From assembly GCA_965197475.1 (NCBI GenBank), contig CBDANF010000003.1, positions 1,504,001-1,568,000 of the forward strand: a stretch of 64,000 nucleotides of DNA, written 5' to 3'. The position numbers and the translations under genes are program-made. Positions 51,140 through 62,224 of the stretch are shown piece after piece. The DNA comes from Candidatus Poribacteria bacterium (GTDB taxonomy: Bacteria; Poribacteria; WGA-4E; WGA-3G). Numbering within the stretch: position 1 is the stretch's first letter; the number at the start of each line of letters is the position of its first letter. A model generated the notes under the pieces. It worked only from the letters and a program-made list of their open reading frames with translations, was not told where the DNA came from and did no database searches.

Positions 51140-52309
51140 CTAAAAATCTTGCTGAATCCCATCCTTGACGATGAGAACAATCGTTTCAATATCTTCATAG
51201 ATTGCCTCTCCATTGAGGTCAAAAGAGAAAGGACCTAAGATCGTGGGAAAATGCAAAGTCTTTGCCAGTGCGTCCCGAATTGCGGTTGAATCTGTTGATT
51301 CTGCTTTCGCAATCGCAGCCGCCAGAATATTGAGTGTGGCATACGCCTGTGCTGCCCAAGGTTCCGGGGTAAATCCGTATTTCGTCATGTAACTCTGGAC
51401 GAAGGCTTGGTTTTCCGGTGTGTTAGTCAGACTTGACCATCCCGCAAAAGCTATCGCGCCCTCTGCGGCACTATCCGCATTTTGAGCTTCAGCATTAGTC
51501 AAATCAGGAACAATCAACTCAACATCACTTGATATTCCGTCTTCTCCGCGTGCTTGTATTATTATCTCAGTCATCTGTTTTGACAAAGCAGCGATAAAGA
51601 GTGCATCAGGTTGAGTTTCAAGGTTCTTTATATTGCTTATTAATTGTGTCGAATAATCGGCAGCTTCCCTGTCGAATGCTTCCTCGGTCAGAATGTTAAC
51701 ACCTTTTTCCTCAAGTGCCTTCTTCAATTCATCTTTAACACTTATGGAGTAGGTATCAACCTCATCATATATCACCGCTACGTTTTGATATACCAGTTTC
51801 GCATGAGTCTTTGTCACGCCACCGGGAACCAGTATATTTGTGGCGATGCCAGCGCGGAAGGCATAATCCCCAATCTCACCACTCAAGCCAGCAGCGGAGG
51901 AAATCGGGCTAAAAGCAACCACTCCAGCAGCTTGTGCTATCGGAAAAGCCTGTTTGAGATGCCTTGAGATACCAATACCAATGATCGCAGAGACATCTTG
52001 ATCTACCAATGCTTGAACGGATGCCTTCCCACCCTCTATAGTGCTCAGAGCGTCTTCATATACGAACTTAATGTTTGCTCCCTTCATATTAAGCTCTTCT
52101 TTTGCTAATTCAAGACCACGTTTCATTGGAAGCCCATACGGTTTGGCGTGTTCCCCTGTCTCTGCTACGGCGATACCGATAGTAACCTCTTGAGGCGTGT
52201 CACCATCAGGAGGCACCATCGTCATCATCTTTTCGCAACCGGAAAACCCCACAGCTAAAGCAATAATTGCCAAAACAGATGTGAATATTGTGATTTTTTT
52301 AATGTACAT
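51140..52309 (-). CDS. ABC transporter substrate-binding lipoprotein (LivK/LivJ-like)
   Basis: Lipobox FSGC; periplasmic binding protein type 1 pattern. Confidence 0.85.
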   Translation of the reverse strand: MYIKKITIFTSVLAIIALAVGFSGCEKMMTMVPPDGDTPQEVTIGIAVAETGEHAKPYGLPMKRGLELAKEELNMKGANIKFVYEDALSTIEGGKASVQALVDQDVSAIIGIGISRHLKQAFPIAQAAGVVAFSPISSAAGLSGEIGDYAFRAGIATNILVPGGVTKTHAKLVYQNVAVIYDEVDTYSISVKDELKKALEEKGVNILTEEAFDREAADYSTQLISNIKNLETQPDALFIAALSKQMTEIIIQARGEDGISSDVELIVPDLTNAEAQNADSAAEGAIAFAGWSSLTNTPENQAFVQSYMTKYGFTPEPWAAQAYATLNILAAAIAKAESTDSTAIRDALAKTLHFPTILGPFSFDLNGEAIYEDIETIVLIVKDGIQQDF

Positions 52310-52748
52310 GTTGAATCTCCTTTATTTTAAGTTAAAAACTCAGGAGGGTAATTACGTTACTACCCTCTCCCAGATAAGTTAACGCTGAAAAAACGAATTT
52401 TGTATCAAGTCTTTCTTGATATCCAAAACTACCTAAGGTCAAGCATTCCAACCTGAAGTTTGATGTGAAAAACTTAACCTTCTCTTATTATTTCATAATT
52501 TGGAAGTTAGTGTCAACTAAAAACGAAAATCATTGTTCGATTGTTTTGCGCTTGACATTGAATTGATTTTTTACTAAAATCAAATTTTAAATGTGTGGCA
52601 ATTTTATTGTCGGTGCGCTTAGAAGCGCGCTTTCAATGATTTCCAAGTAATTAATCGATCAGTTTATAGGTTGGTTGAACACATTGATAGTCAACAAATC
52701 ATATTTTGAGGTACACTCTAAAAACCCGATTAGGGGAGGAGAAATATC

Positions 52749-53180
52749 ATGGAAGCCCTCAAGAAAGTTATAGGCGTTGTTCTCATCATCATTGCGGCAA
52801 TAGTCGCAATCCACACAGTCATTGAACCTTTATACTACACTTCCACTGGAGATAGCCCATACAGTCCTATTTGGGATTCTATTAACGTAATCTCTGCAAT
52901 TTCAATAGTGTTAGGGTTAATATTTAGTTACATTCGCCTGAACAAAGTCGGAGACAATTCAAGCGTTCAAGAGTTCATAGCGGCTAATACGTTATTCTAC
53001 GGGTTTATGTTTGGAGCCATATTATTCTTCTGGAACTGGTTTGGCATTCTCAATGCCACAACCTTTACCGCTGTCGCTGGAGAAACACGATCGGTGGTAT
53101 GGATTATTTTCGATGCCTTACTCCCGTTGTTGAATGGTGCTTTAGGGGCACACTTGCTGCGCTCAAGTGCCAGCGAATAG
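52749..53180 (+). CDS. Hypothetical 4-TM membrane protein
   Basis: GGAGG RBS; four hydrophobic helices. Confidence 0.7.
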   Translation: MEALKKVIGVVLIIIAAIVAIHTVIEPLYYTSTGDSPYSPIWDSINVISAISIVLGLIFSYIRLNKVGDNSSVQEFIAANTLFYGFMFGAILFFWNWFGILNATTFTAVAGETRSVVWIIFDALLPLLNGALGAHLLRSSASE

Positions 53181-53387
53181 GCAACAGAGTCTGTCAGTTT
53201 TTTAGAATACAAACATTGTTCTTCTGCGTTCACTTGTCGGACACAGAAGTTTTATTTTGAAATGAACCCATTTAAAGTAGATTTAATATAAATTCTACAC
53301 AAATTGTGTTATAATTAAAATTATATTCAACCAAAATAGAAAATTTTGATTACTCATACTATACGGTAGTCTATACAATTATAGGAG

Positions 53388-54536
53388 ATGTTTATGAACA
53401 CAAAAATTTTTAGATTAACATTATGCGTATTACTCACACTTTCAGTTGCTTGGCTTTCTGGATGTGAAAAAATGATGGATATGGTCCCTCCTCCAGATAA
53501 CGAAACGACGCTTAAAGTGGGGTTGATTCATCCGCAGCCAAACTACACCAGTTTTGGCAAAGGGGCAGAACTGTCACTTGCCGAAATCAACGCAGCTGGC
53601 GGTGTTCTTGGGATGCCAGTTGAATTTATTTATAGAGAGGAATTAACTGAAACCGTCGCTCAGTCTGCGACAGAATTAGCTGAGATGGAAAATGTTGTTG
53701 CGATATTAGGGCCCCTCTTTTCGAGCCATGCGGTGAAAGTTGGACCCGTTGCCACTGTGCCGGTCCTTCTGGGAGCCACAAGGGCAGAGGTGACGGCTGA
53801 AGCAACAGACCCTAACGATTTCATGTTTCTTGTAGCAGGTTCTAATGTGTTGCAGGCAGAACTTCTGGCTAAAGTTGTTGTAAATCAACTCAAAAAGAAA
53901 ACCGCCGCAATGATTTGGCAGAATAAGGATGTGTATTCTGAGGGTTTTGTCGGATCATTTAAGGCAAGTTTTACAGAACTTGGTGGAAACGTAGTTGTAG
54001 AGAAAACCTATGAGGGGATCGACGAGACGATGTTTGATTCACAACTTACTGCAGTTAAAGAGGCAAATCCTGATGTCCTTCTTCTCGCCAGTTTTCCGGA
54101 AGCAGTACCACGGATAATGGCACAAGCAAAGGAAATGGGAATTACATCTACCTTTATTGGCAGCGATGGTTGGGATGATCCGTTGATGTCTACGACTTTA
54201 GAGGATAATGAACCTGTTGATGGTTACTTCTGTACCAACTTAGATCCGGATGCTGTAGGTTTTATTTCTACTTATGCAATGGAATATGGCTCTGTTGATG
54301 GGATTGCTGCAACTGGCTATGATGCCATGAAAATTTTGGCAATGGCAATTGAGAGCGTAGGATCGGCCGATGATCCGGGTGCGATTCGAGATGCAATCGC
54401 TAAAATTACAAACTATAAAGGTGCTACAACTATCTCTCGTTTCGATGAGAACCGTAATCCTGTCAAAAGTGTTGGGGTGCGGCAAATTCTTAATGGAATG
54501 CCGCAGTCTGACATAATTTTAGCAGCACCTGAATAG
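53388..54536 (+). CDS. ABC transporter substrate-binding lipoprotein (LivK/LivJ-like)
   Basis: Lipobox LSGC; EINAAGGVLG, GSDGW, GYDA, FDENRNPVK. Confidence 0.88.
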   Translation: MFMNTKIFRLTLCVLLTLSVAWLSGCEKMMDMVPPPDNETTLKVGLIHPQPNYTSFGKGAELSLAEINAAGGVLGMPVEFIYREELTETVAQSATELAEMENVVAILGPLFSSHAVKVGPVATVPVLLGATRAEVTAEATDPNDFMFLVAGSNVLQAELLAKVVVNQLKKKTAAMIWQNKDVYSEGFVGSFKASFTELGGNVVVEKTYEGIDETMFDSQLTAVKEANPDVLLLASFPEAVPRIMAQAKEMGITSTFIGSDGWDDPLMSTTLEDNEPVDGYFCTNLDPDAVGFISTYAMEYGSVDGIAATGYDAMKILAMAIESVGSADDPGAIRDAIAKITNYKGATTISRFDENRNPVKSVGVRQILNGMPQSDIILAAPE

Positions 54537-54635
54537 GCGCAAAACGATTCAACGCAGACCTATTCAAACAAGTCCGAGTTCTCAATGATGTGAGAACTTG
54601 GACATTTTAAAATTTTAGCAAATAAGGAGATCAAA

Positions 54636-55823
54636 ATGAAGATAACAACTTTTGCGTATGTATTCGCAATTATTGTGCTGTTTGGAGGTGTTATTGGCTG
54701 CGAACGAATTGGGCAAGTTGTCCAACCTACTCAGATGGAAGGTCTCAGTGGGGAAATTAGCATTGGTGTCGTTTTACCTCAGACAGGTCACTTAGGACCG
54801 GGTGAATTCGGTCCGGGTGCTTCAGTGATGGAAAATAGTTTTAACATGGCACTCGAAGAAATCAACGCATCACCACTGCTCGGTGATGCAAAACTCAAAT
54901 TCATCATTGAGGACGATATGAGTACTGCCGAAGGTGCAGTTGCGGCTTTCAATAAACTAATCCATCAAGACAAGATTTCAGTTATCCTCGGTGTCTGGAC
55001 ATCAGAAGTCGCTAAATCTGTTTTTCCGATTGCACAAGAAAACCGGGTTGTGGCTTTCAGTCCTGTCGTCATTGCCTCTGGCTTGACTGAGATTGGCGAA
55101 TTTATTTTCCGAGCCAGCCACGCTACAGATGTCCTGATTCCTGGAGGTGTTAAGGTTACACAGGAGAAACTCGGTTATCAACGAGTAGCGACTATAGTGG
55201 ATACAGTTGATGAAGCATCGCGGAGTAGTGACGAGATATACAGGAAAACACTCGTTGAAAACGGTGTTGAGGTACTACCTCCAGAGACTTTCGAGACTGG
55301 TGCTACCAACTTTTATGAGCAATTAACTCGGATAAAGGATTTGAATCCGGAAGCGATTTTTGTCTCTGCCCAACAAATTGAGGTTATTAAGATTCTCACC
55401 CAAGGACGAGAGGTCGGGATTCCTGCTGATATTCCGTTTATTAGTCTTGTCCTGTCTATAGATGAGATTCAAAGTGCGGGGGATGCCGCCGAAGGTGCTA
55501 TCACCTTCACCGATTGGGTCAGCACGGCTGACACGCCTGGGAATCAAGATTTCGTTCAGAATTACACCGCGAAATACGGTATGGAACCAAGCGTTTGGGC
55601 TGCGCAGCCTTATGCCGCTGTCTATATCCTTACAGAAGCGATCAGAAACGCGCAATCAATGGATTCAGAGGCGATCGCTGCTGCGCTCGCTGAGATCAAA
55701 GATTTTCAAACCATTTTGGGTAAGTTTTCTTTTGATTCTAACGGAGACGCTATTTACGACCCTGTTGTCTTAATTGTAAGGAATGGCAAACTTGAGGTTT
55801 ACGATCAGGAATCTATCCAATAA
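54636..55823 (+). CDS. ABC transporter substrate-binding lipoprotein (LivK/LivJ-like)
   Basis: Lipobox VIGC; paralog of 51140-52309 (WAAQ.YA, TILG.FSFD.NG.AIY). Confidence 0.88.
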   Translation: MKITTFAYVFAIIVLFGGVIGCERIGQVVQPTQMEGLSGEISIGVVLPQTGHLGPGEFGPGASVMENSFNMALEEINASPLLGDAKLKFIIEDDMSTAEGAVAAFNKLIHQDKISVILGVWTSEVAKSVFPIAQENRVVAFSPVVIASGLTEIGEFIFRASHATDVLIPGGVKVTQEKLGYQRVATIVDTVDEASRSSDEIYRKTLVENGVEVLPPETFETGATNFYEQLTRIKDLNPEAIFVSAQQIEVIKILTQGREVGIPADIPFISLVLSIDEIQSAGDAAEGAITFTDWVSTADTPGNQDFVQNYTAKYGMEPSVWAAQPYAAVYILTEAIRNAQSMDSEAIAAALAEIKDFQTILGKFSFDSNGDAIYDPVVLIVRNGKLEVYDQESIQ

Positions 55824-55827
55824 ATAG

Positions 55828-55870
55828 AAGCGCGCTGCAACGGAATTTCAAATTCCGTTGCAGCGCGCTT
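55828..55870. terminator. Perfect 21-bp inverted repeat between convergent genes (bidirectional terminator)
   Basis: aagcgcgctgcaacggaattt-c-aaattccgttgcagcgcgctt. Confidence 0.75.
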
Positions 55871-55898
55871 TACTTTTTACATAACCAAAGTTTTTGTG

Positions 55899-57098
55899 TT
55901 ACTCAAATGTAAACTGTGCGACAACACCAGCGTGGTCAGAGGGCCACAACCCGGAAGGAAGTCGGTCAGACGGTTTATCGCCGACCGTGAATGACAAGAC
56001 AGGTAGGGATACATCCATATTTCGCACAAAGATTTGGTCAATCCGTACCGTGAAATTGCTCACCTCATTTAATATGTCATCGTCTTGACAGCACGTGTTG
56101 CCAGCCTCGTTTCCAACCCTCATGGCATAAAGTTTGCTTATTATATCATTAGCCTTGCGATTTGCAATTGCGCAAGCTATGCATGAAGGATCGTCAGCAT
56201 CTAGACAGCAGGCGTAGGGCCAATCATCAAGAGGCCATACGTCAACATACCCAGCCGATAGCAACATCTGATATCCCGATCCATCGGTTGCTCTCGTATT
56301 GAAATCCCCTAACAATATAATCGGCATGGTCTCGCCGCTGAGAATATCCACAAGTTCTTGTGTTTGGGCAACCCTATTTACCTCTGCAAATGCTTCTAAA
56401 TGTGTATTAACAACACGGTAAGTGACACCAGAAACAGTGGCATCAACCGCAGCATATCCTCTTTTTACTTCTAGACCGAGCAGTATCTCTATAGTAAGCG
56501 CATTTGCGTAGTTTGCACTCATCGGACGTGATATTTCAACATCACTTCGCGCCAATATCACATCATAATCGGTTAATCGGATATCGTCAAATCCCGTATC
56601 AGTAGACATCGGCATTTCAATATCTATGTTTTCAACTTTTGCAGCGACTTGATAATTTAAGCCTTCTGCTTGAAGCGCGCCCATCAAGATTTGCAGATAA
56701 TCCAAGATTACTTCTTGAGGAAGAACATTCTCGCCTGAAAGGAAGTCACTCGGACTTTGGCGGCGGATTAGCGATATTTCTTGTAGCCCGATAACGTGCG
56801 GTTGATGTGCTTTTATAGATTTGGCAATTGCTGTTGCACGACTTGGAAAATCGGATGCCATAACGTTGTTATACATGGTAGCAACTTCTGTTGGTGCTTG
56901 TAGCAAATTTTCTACAGAAAGGAGTGGTTCTGCACTGCTGCCAACGTATACATTATAGGTCATCACAGTGAGCGGTGCTGCATCTGAGGTATCGGGTGGT
57001 GGTATCACTGTGTCTGTTATTCTTTCACACCCTGACACGGCAAAAAGTATTACAAATAACAAAAAAACAATCTTTAATTTTGACAAAGTTTCCTCCAA
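55899..57098 (-). CDS. Endonuclease/exonuclease/phosphatase family lipoprotein
   Basis: VSGC lipobox; VMTYN, IGLQE, NTHL, GDFN, RIDQIF, PSDH. Confidence 0.88.
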   Translation of the reverse strand: MEETLSKLKIVFLLFVILFAVSGCERITDTVIPPPDTSDAAPLTVMTYNVYVGSSAEPLLSVENLLQAPTEVATMYNNVMASDFPSRATAIAKSIKAHQPHVIGLQEISLIRRQSPSDFLSGENVLPQEVILDYLQILMGALQAEGLNYQVAAKVENIDIEMPMSTDTGFDDIRLTDYDVILARSDVEISRPMSANYANALTIEILLGLEVKRGYAAVDATVSGVTYRVVNTHLEAFAEVNRVAQTQELVDILSGETMPIILLGDFNTRATDGSGYQMLLSAGYVDVWPLDDWPYACCLDADDPSCIACAIANRKANDIISKLYAMRVGNEAGNTCCQDDDILNEVSNFTVRIDQIFVRNMDVSLPVLSFTVGDKPSDRLPSGLWPSDHAGVVAQFTFE

Positions 57099-57221
57099 GG
57101 GAATAGTGTAAGACGAGGCTTTTGCCTCAATTTTATTAGATATTATAACGATTTAGTTGCGGATGTCATTGGTTTATGAAATCTTAATAAATATCATTAC
57201 CGAGACAAAATACCCAAAATT

Positions 57222-59477
57222 TCATTCACTCAGCTTCCCAAGGAAAGGGTTCTTGAGTTGCTTTTTCGGAGCATCTAAAGCCGAATTTACTGCTGGAACT
57301 TCTGGATCCCCATAGATCTCAACGTAATTATTATAACTGTTGATAACCTTTTTGATGTGCAACCGTGTTTCTCGGATAGTAATCTTTTCAACGAATTCGT
57401 CAAGGTCTTTGATATTTTTCGATTCCAACCACCGCTGCATTCGCCCTGGACCGCCGTTATATGCACCAGATACCAGCAGTGCATTACCATCAAAAATAGA
57501 ATTTAGATAGCCGATATATTTAGTACCCATTCGTATATTAACCTCAGGGTCCTTAAGCATTGAGGTGCGGAATCGGCGGATATTGAGTTGGCGTGCAAGT
57601 TGTCTACCGGTAGCAGGCATAATCTGCATCAGACCGATCGCCCCTGCCCAACTAATAGCGTCCTTCCGATACCTACTCTCCTCTAAAATCATAGCGAAAA
57701 TTAAGGCGGTGTCTACCTTATATTGCTTAGCGTACTTCTTAACCAACTGTTCAAAATGGAGTGGGTAGAGCAATCTGCGGAGTTTTGCTAAATCTCTACT
57801 CGGTTGATTCTGGAATGATGGACTCGTCAGTGCTTTATAGACTATCTCACGAGCTTTCTCATACCTTGACATATTTTCGTAACACGTAATCAATGTATAG
57901 TAACATTCCTTTGCAGCATTTGGTGTTTGATTGATGTAGTACGAGAGTTGATAAACAGCATCTTCATAAAGTCTAAGTTTCATTAACATTGGGATGTGCT
58001 CTGGGCACGTTATCTGCTTTGGCAATTTTGCATCCGGTATGGCTTTCGGTTCTAATTCAGAGGCGGTGATCCCAAGAATCGCCTTTGCCCTCGCGCTGTA
58101 ATACCAATATCGTGCTTTTGCCACTTCGGTATATATCTCTTGAGCAAGTTCAGGTTTATTTTGACGTTCCCGAATCTTTGCCATCCAGAAATGCGCTCCC
58201 ATCGCATAGCGATTACCAGGGAAATTCTCCTTCAATCCCTTAAATGCTTTGTAACTCTCTTCATACTGTTTTTGGTCAAACCGTTGCCATCCAATTCGCC
58301 ATGCTGCCAAATCCGCATAGTCGCTATCGGGAGCTACTTCAATTAACCTTGAATATACCTTGAGTACCAATTCAGACTTTTCCTGTTTTTCATGAATTTG
58401 CGCAATATCGTATAGTGCGTTATCAACAAATTGGCTCCAAGGGTACATTTTCACAAAACTTTCAAGGCGGTTTACAGCAGTTGTGAGACTCCCCTTTTGT
58501 CTATAGCATTGCGCGATTTGGTAATGTGCACGCGTTAGATATTCAGTTTTGCCACCAAGAGCGATAACCGCATTGTATTTTTTCATTGCAGTATTATACC
58601 ACTTCCGGCCCTGATAACTCTGTCCCAGATGGTAGAGTGCACGGCCTCTCAATTTCATATCCGAACTTGTCGTAAGTGGCGTAAGTTCATCTATGGATGA
58701 TTTCCAACTTTTTTGGTAATAATGTACTAATCCACAATTCAATCGATCCTTAGGTGTAAGTACCAGGGATTTATGATCACCCGCAAGCATTTTCAACTTC
58801 ATGACTACGCCTTCTGCGACTGTATCTGAATGCGTTTTAGCTATGAGTTTTTGATACATTTCAAAAGCTGTCGAAAAGTTGCTTAATCCTTCTTCACAAC
58901 GTGCCAACGCATAAGCGGCCTGACGGGCAAAACGCTGTTCGTTCAAAATCTCAACACAAAGTGTTTTTGCGTCTACATACTTTTTTTGTTTTAAGTAAAG
59001 TTGAGCAAGCTTCCATTTTGCATCTATAAGATAGGGGCTTGTCGGGTTATCCTTTACGAGATGCTTATACCATTTTATTGCTTTTATCTCGTTATTCATT
59101 CCTTCATAAAGCTTTGCGAGACGATACGCCGCAGTATCCGCAAGTGGATAGTCATGAGTGATAACCCTAACGTAGTTGCCAACTGCTTTTGGACGATTCT
59201 GCAGCTTCTCATAGTTATAACCGAGTGCGTGATGAATCTCAAGTTTTTCTGATTCGGACAGATCCGTTTGCAATAAACTTTCTAATTTCGACACCGCAAG
59301 TTTGTGATTACCCTTATCAACGGCTGCGAAAGCAGCTTCCCATATTGGGCTGTGCCTTTGTTCCGCGAAAACCAACGTTCCAGATATGAAGCAGCAAAAG
59401 ACAAGGACGAATGAAACTATTAGGAATGTTAGAATTTTGGTGGGATGACGTTTGATAATAGATTGTATGGTTTTCAT
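57222..59477 (-). CDS. TPR-containing soluble lytic murein transglycosylase
   Basis: TPRs then SLT motifs EES, GLMQIMP.T, AYNGGPG, ETR. Confidence 0.9.
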   Translation of the reverse strand: MKTIQSIIKRHPTKILTFLIVSFVLVFCCFISGTLVFAEQRHSPIWEAAFAAVDKGNHKLAVSKLESLLQTDLSESEKLEIHHALGYNYEKLQNRPKAVGNYVRVITHDYPLADTAAYRLAKLYEGMNNEIKAIKWYKHLVKDNPTSPYLIDAKWKLAQLYLKQKKYVDAKTLCVEILNEQRFARQAAYALARCEEGLSNFSTAFEMYQKLIAKTHSDTVAEGVVMKLKMLAGDHKSLVLTPKDRLNCGLVHYYQKSWKSSIDELTPLTTSSDMKLRGRALYHLGQSYQGRKWYNTAMKKYNAVIALGGKTEYLTRAHYQIAQCYRQKGSLTTAVNRLESFVKMYPWSQFVDNALYDIAQIHEKQEKSELVLKVYSRLIEVAPDSDYADLAAWRIGWQRFDQKQYEESYKAFKGLKENFPGNRYAMGAHFWMAKIRERQNKPELAQEIYTEVAKARYWYYSARAKAILGITASELEPKAIPDAKLPKQITCPEHIPMLMKLRLYEDAVYQLSYYINQTPNAAKECYYTLITCYENMSRYEKAREIVYKALTSPSFQNQPSRDLAKLRRLLYPLHFEQLVKKYAKQYKVDTALIFAMILEESRYRKDAISWAGAIGLMQIMPATGRQLARQLNIRRFRTSMLKDPEVNIRMGTKYIGYLNSIFDGNALLVSGAYNGGPGRMQRWLESKNIKDLDEFVEKITIRETRLHIKKVINSYNNYVEIYGDPEVPAVNSALDAPKKQLKNPFLGKLSE

Positions 59478-59859
59478 TTTTTAGCGACAAGCGTAATGTA
59501 CGCTTTTGTCCTCCTCATGTGAATTCACGTGAATTGAACCGTAATAGTAGATATTTTATATAAAATTGGTGTAGACAAAGATTTTCCATCTAAACAGTAT
59601 ATTGTAACGTTACTTTTAAACGAAAGGCAACAAAAAATAGTGTGAGGACGCATTGTTAGTGATAGAATGGGAGATTATTCTCTATCAACTTAGGATTTTG
59701 AATAAAATCCTAAGTTTACATCTTGCTTGATATTATAAAGAAAGATTCTCATGGTCACTTACAATTAGGCACGTTGCAAATGATTTGTTATATTTTATTT
59801 GCCAGATTTGCAATAATATGGTATACTTTCTTTAATTTTTATGGTCAGAGAGGTGAATT

Positions 59860-60636
59860 GTGATGGAAATTGTAGCACTTGGCAAAACAGGTTTAGATGT
59901 TTCACGGCTTTCAATTGGCACAGGGTCAAACGGATGGAATGGACGTTCAAATCAGACAGATTTGGGATTTGAAGGGTTGCGCGATCTTCTGCTGTTTGCT
60001 CATGAAAACGGGGTTACGTTTTGGGATTCTGCCGACCAATATGGGAGTCATCCGCATATCAAAGAGGCTCTCAAACATGTGCCTCGGAATAGTGTAACTA
60101 TCACCACAAAAACAGTATCTCGAACTGCAGAAGAAGTAGAGGCAGATGTTAAACGGTTCCTAAAAGAAATTGATTCTGATTATGTTGATATTGTGTTACT
60201 ACACTGCCTCACGCAGGTAGATTGGCCACAACGTTATCCTGATGCAATGGAAGCACTTGCACGTTGTAAAGAGCAAGGATTAATTCGCGCACACGGTGTT
60301 TCTTGCCACGACTTCGGTGCATTCCAAACAGCCGCTATGACCGAGTGGGTTGAAGTTGTGTTGGCTCGGATAAATCATGCGGGTGTTTCAATGGACGCTT
60401 CCCCTGCCGATATCATCCGAACAATGGAACAGATGGCGTTTGTTGGTAAGGGTATTTACGGCATGAAGGTCTTAGGAATGGGTAAATTAGCGAAAGATTC
60501 TGAGGGTCAACGCGATGCAATCGAATTTGTAATGGGGTTACCCTGTGTTCACGCTATGACTATCGGCATGACTTCTCGTGCTGAAGTGGAAGCAAACGTA
60601 GCCGTTGTGAATGAATTGTCGGAGAGCGGTATATAA
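59860..60636 (+). CDS. Aldo/keto reductase
   Basis: LGKTGLDVSRL..GT, DSADQYG, DYVDIVLLH. Confidence 0.9.
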   Translation: MMEIVALGKTGLDVSRLSIGTGSNGWNGRSNQTDLGFEGLRDLLLFAHENGVTFWDSADQYGSHPHIKEALKHVPRNSVTITTKTVSRTAEEVEADVKRFLKEIDSDYVDIVLLHCLTQVDWPQRYPDAMEALARCKEQGLIRAHGVSCHDFGAFQTAAMTEWVEVVLARINHAGVSMDASPADIIRTMEQMAFVGKGIYGMKVLGMGKLAKDSEGQRDAIEFVMGLPCVHAMTIGMTSRAEVEANVAVVNELSESGI

Positions 60637-60737
60637 CGGAATTGTATTATATTGTAGCGCGAGATGTCCTACCTTGCATCTTAAGATGGATACTCGCGCT
60701 GTTTCTTATAGCATGCAACTAAAACAAGAGTGAATTC

Positions 60738-62183
60738 ATGGAAAAATATGAAATAGTTATTGGTCTGGAAATCCACGCAGAATTATGCACAGAGAGTAAG
60801 TTATTCTGCAACTGTGCTTATACTTTCGGCGCATCGGCAAATGACTGCACATGTCCAATCTGTTTAGGGATGCCGGGGACACTGCCGGTTATCAATAAAC
60901 GCGCGTTGGAGTTCGCTGTTCGCGCGGGCTTAGCGATGAATTGTGAAATAACGTCATATAGTAAGTTCGATCGGAAAAACTATTTCTATCCTGATCTGCC
61001 GAAAAACTATCAGATTTCGCAGTATGATCTTCCATTGTGTAAAAATGGTGAGGTGACATTTGAATTTGAGGGACAACCCCGCACCGTTGCACTCCGTAGG
61101 ATTCATTTGGAAGAGGATGCTGGAAAATCTATTCACGCCGAAGTCACGGGTGATCCTACCCGCAGTTTTATGGATTTCAATCGTGCTGGTGTACCACTAA
61201 TGGAAATTGTAAGCGAGCCAGAAATTCATTCCACTGAAGAAGCGATCGCCTACTGCCGTGCAGTTAAAGAGATTTTAGAATACATTGAAGTAAGCGATTG
61301 TAATATGGAGGAGGGCAGCCTTCGCTGTGAACCGAATATATCGCTGCGTCCAAAAGGTAGTCACGAATTGGGAACGCGCACTGAAATTAAAAACAAAAAC
61401 TCGTTTCAAGAGCTACTTGTCGCAATGGATTACGAGGTGAAACGGCAGGCACGTATCCTTGATTCAGGTGGCAAGGTTGTCCAAGAAACTCTGCTGTTTG
61501 ATGCAAATACGGGTAAGACTGTTGCGATGCGCGGAAAGGAAGAAGCGGACGATTACCGTTATTTCCCTGAACCCGATCTGGTTCACGTTCAGGTAGATGA
61601 TGAATGGATTGATGAGATACAGCCAACGCTCCCAGAACTTCCTGCTGTCCGCCGTAAAAGGTTTATTGCGGACTACGACATCTCCCCCGAAAACGCTGAA
61701 TTTCTAACCACCACTCGGCAAATTGCTGATTTCTTTGATGAAGCTGCACAACTCAGCGGCGAACCTACGACCTGCGCAAACTGGATAATGAGTGATCTCA
61801 CACGACTATTGAACACAACTGAAATAGAGATACAAGATTCCAAAGTAACTCCTTCTCATCTCAATGAACTCATTCAGTTGATAGACAATGATACCATCAG
61901 CGGGAAGATTGCCAAATCTGTGCTTGATGATGCTTTTGACACCGGCAAAATGCCGAAACAGATTGTTGAAGAAAAAGGCTTATCACAGATTACCGATACA
62001 TCAGAGATAGAAACAATTGTCTTACAGGTTATTGAGGAGCATCCCGGTCCTACCCAGGATTATCGGGATGGCACGAAGAAAGCCATCGGATTTCTTGTTG
62101 GGCAAGTGATGCGCGCAACTCGCGGCAAGGCAAATCCGCAATTAGTAAATCAAATTTTGGCGCGGGTTTTGACAGAAAATTAG
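60738..62183 (+). CDS. gatB: Asp/Glu-tRNA amidotransferase subunit B
   Basis: IGLEIH, FDRKNYFYPDLPKNYQISQ, DYRYFPEPDL, GKANP. Confidence 0.97.
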   Translation: MEKYEIVIGLEIHAELCTESKLFCNCAYTFGASANDCTCPICLGMPGTLPVINKRALEFAVRAGLAMNCEITSYSKFDRKNYFYPDLPKNYQISQYDLPLCKNGEVTFEFEGQPRTVALRRIHLEEDAGKSIHAEVTGDPTRSFMDFNRAGVPLMEIVSEPEIHSTEEAIAYCRAVKEILEYIEVSDCNMEEGSLRCEPNISLRPKGSHELGTRTEIKNKNSFQELLVAMDYEVKRQARILDSGGKVVQETLLFDANTGKTVAMRGKEEADDYRYFPEPDLVHVQVDDEWIDEIQPTLPELPAVRRKRFIADYDISPENAEFLTTTRQIADFFDEAAQLSGEPTTCANWIMSDLTRLLNTTEIEIQDSKVTPSHLNELIQLIDNDTISGKIAKSVLDDAFDTGKMPKQIVEEKGLSQITDTSEIETIVLQVIEEHPGPTQDYRDGTKKAIGFLVGQVMRATRGKANPQLVNQILARVLTEN

Positions 62184-62224
62184 GATATCCAATAGTCTCG
62201 CCACTGACGAAACAAGGAGAATTT

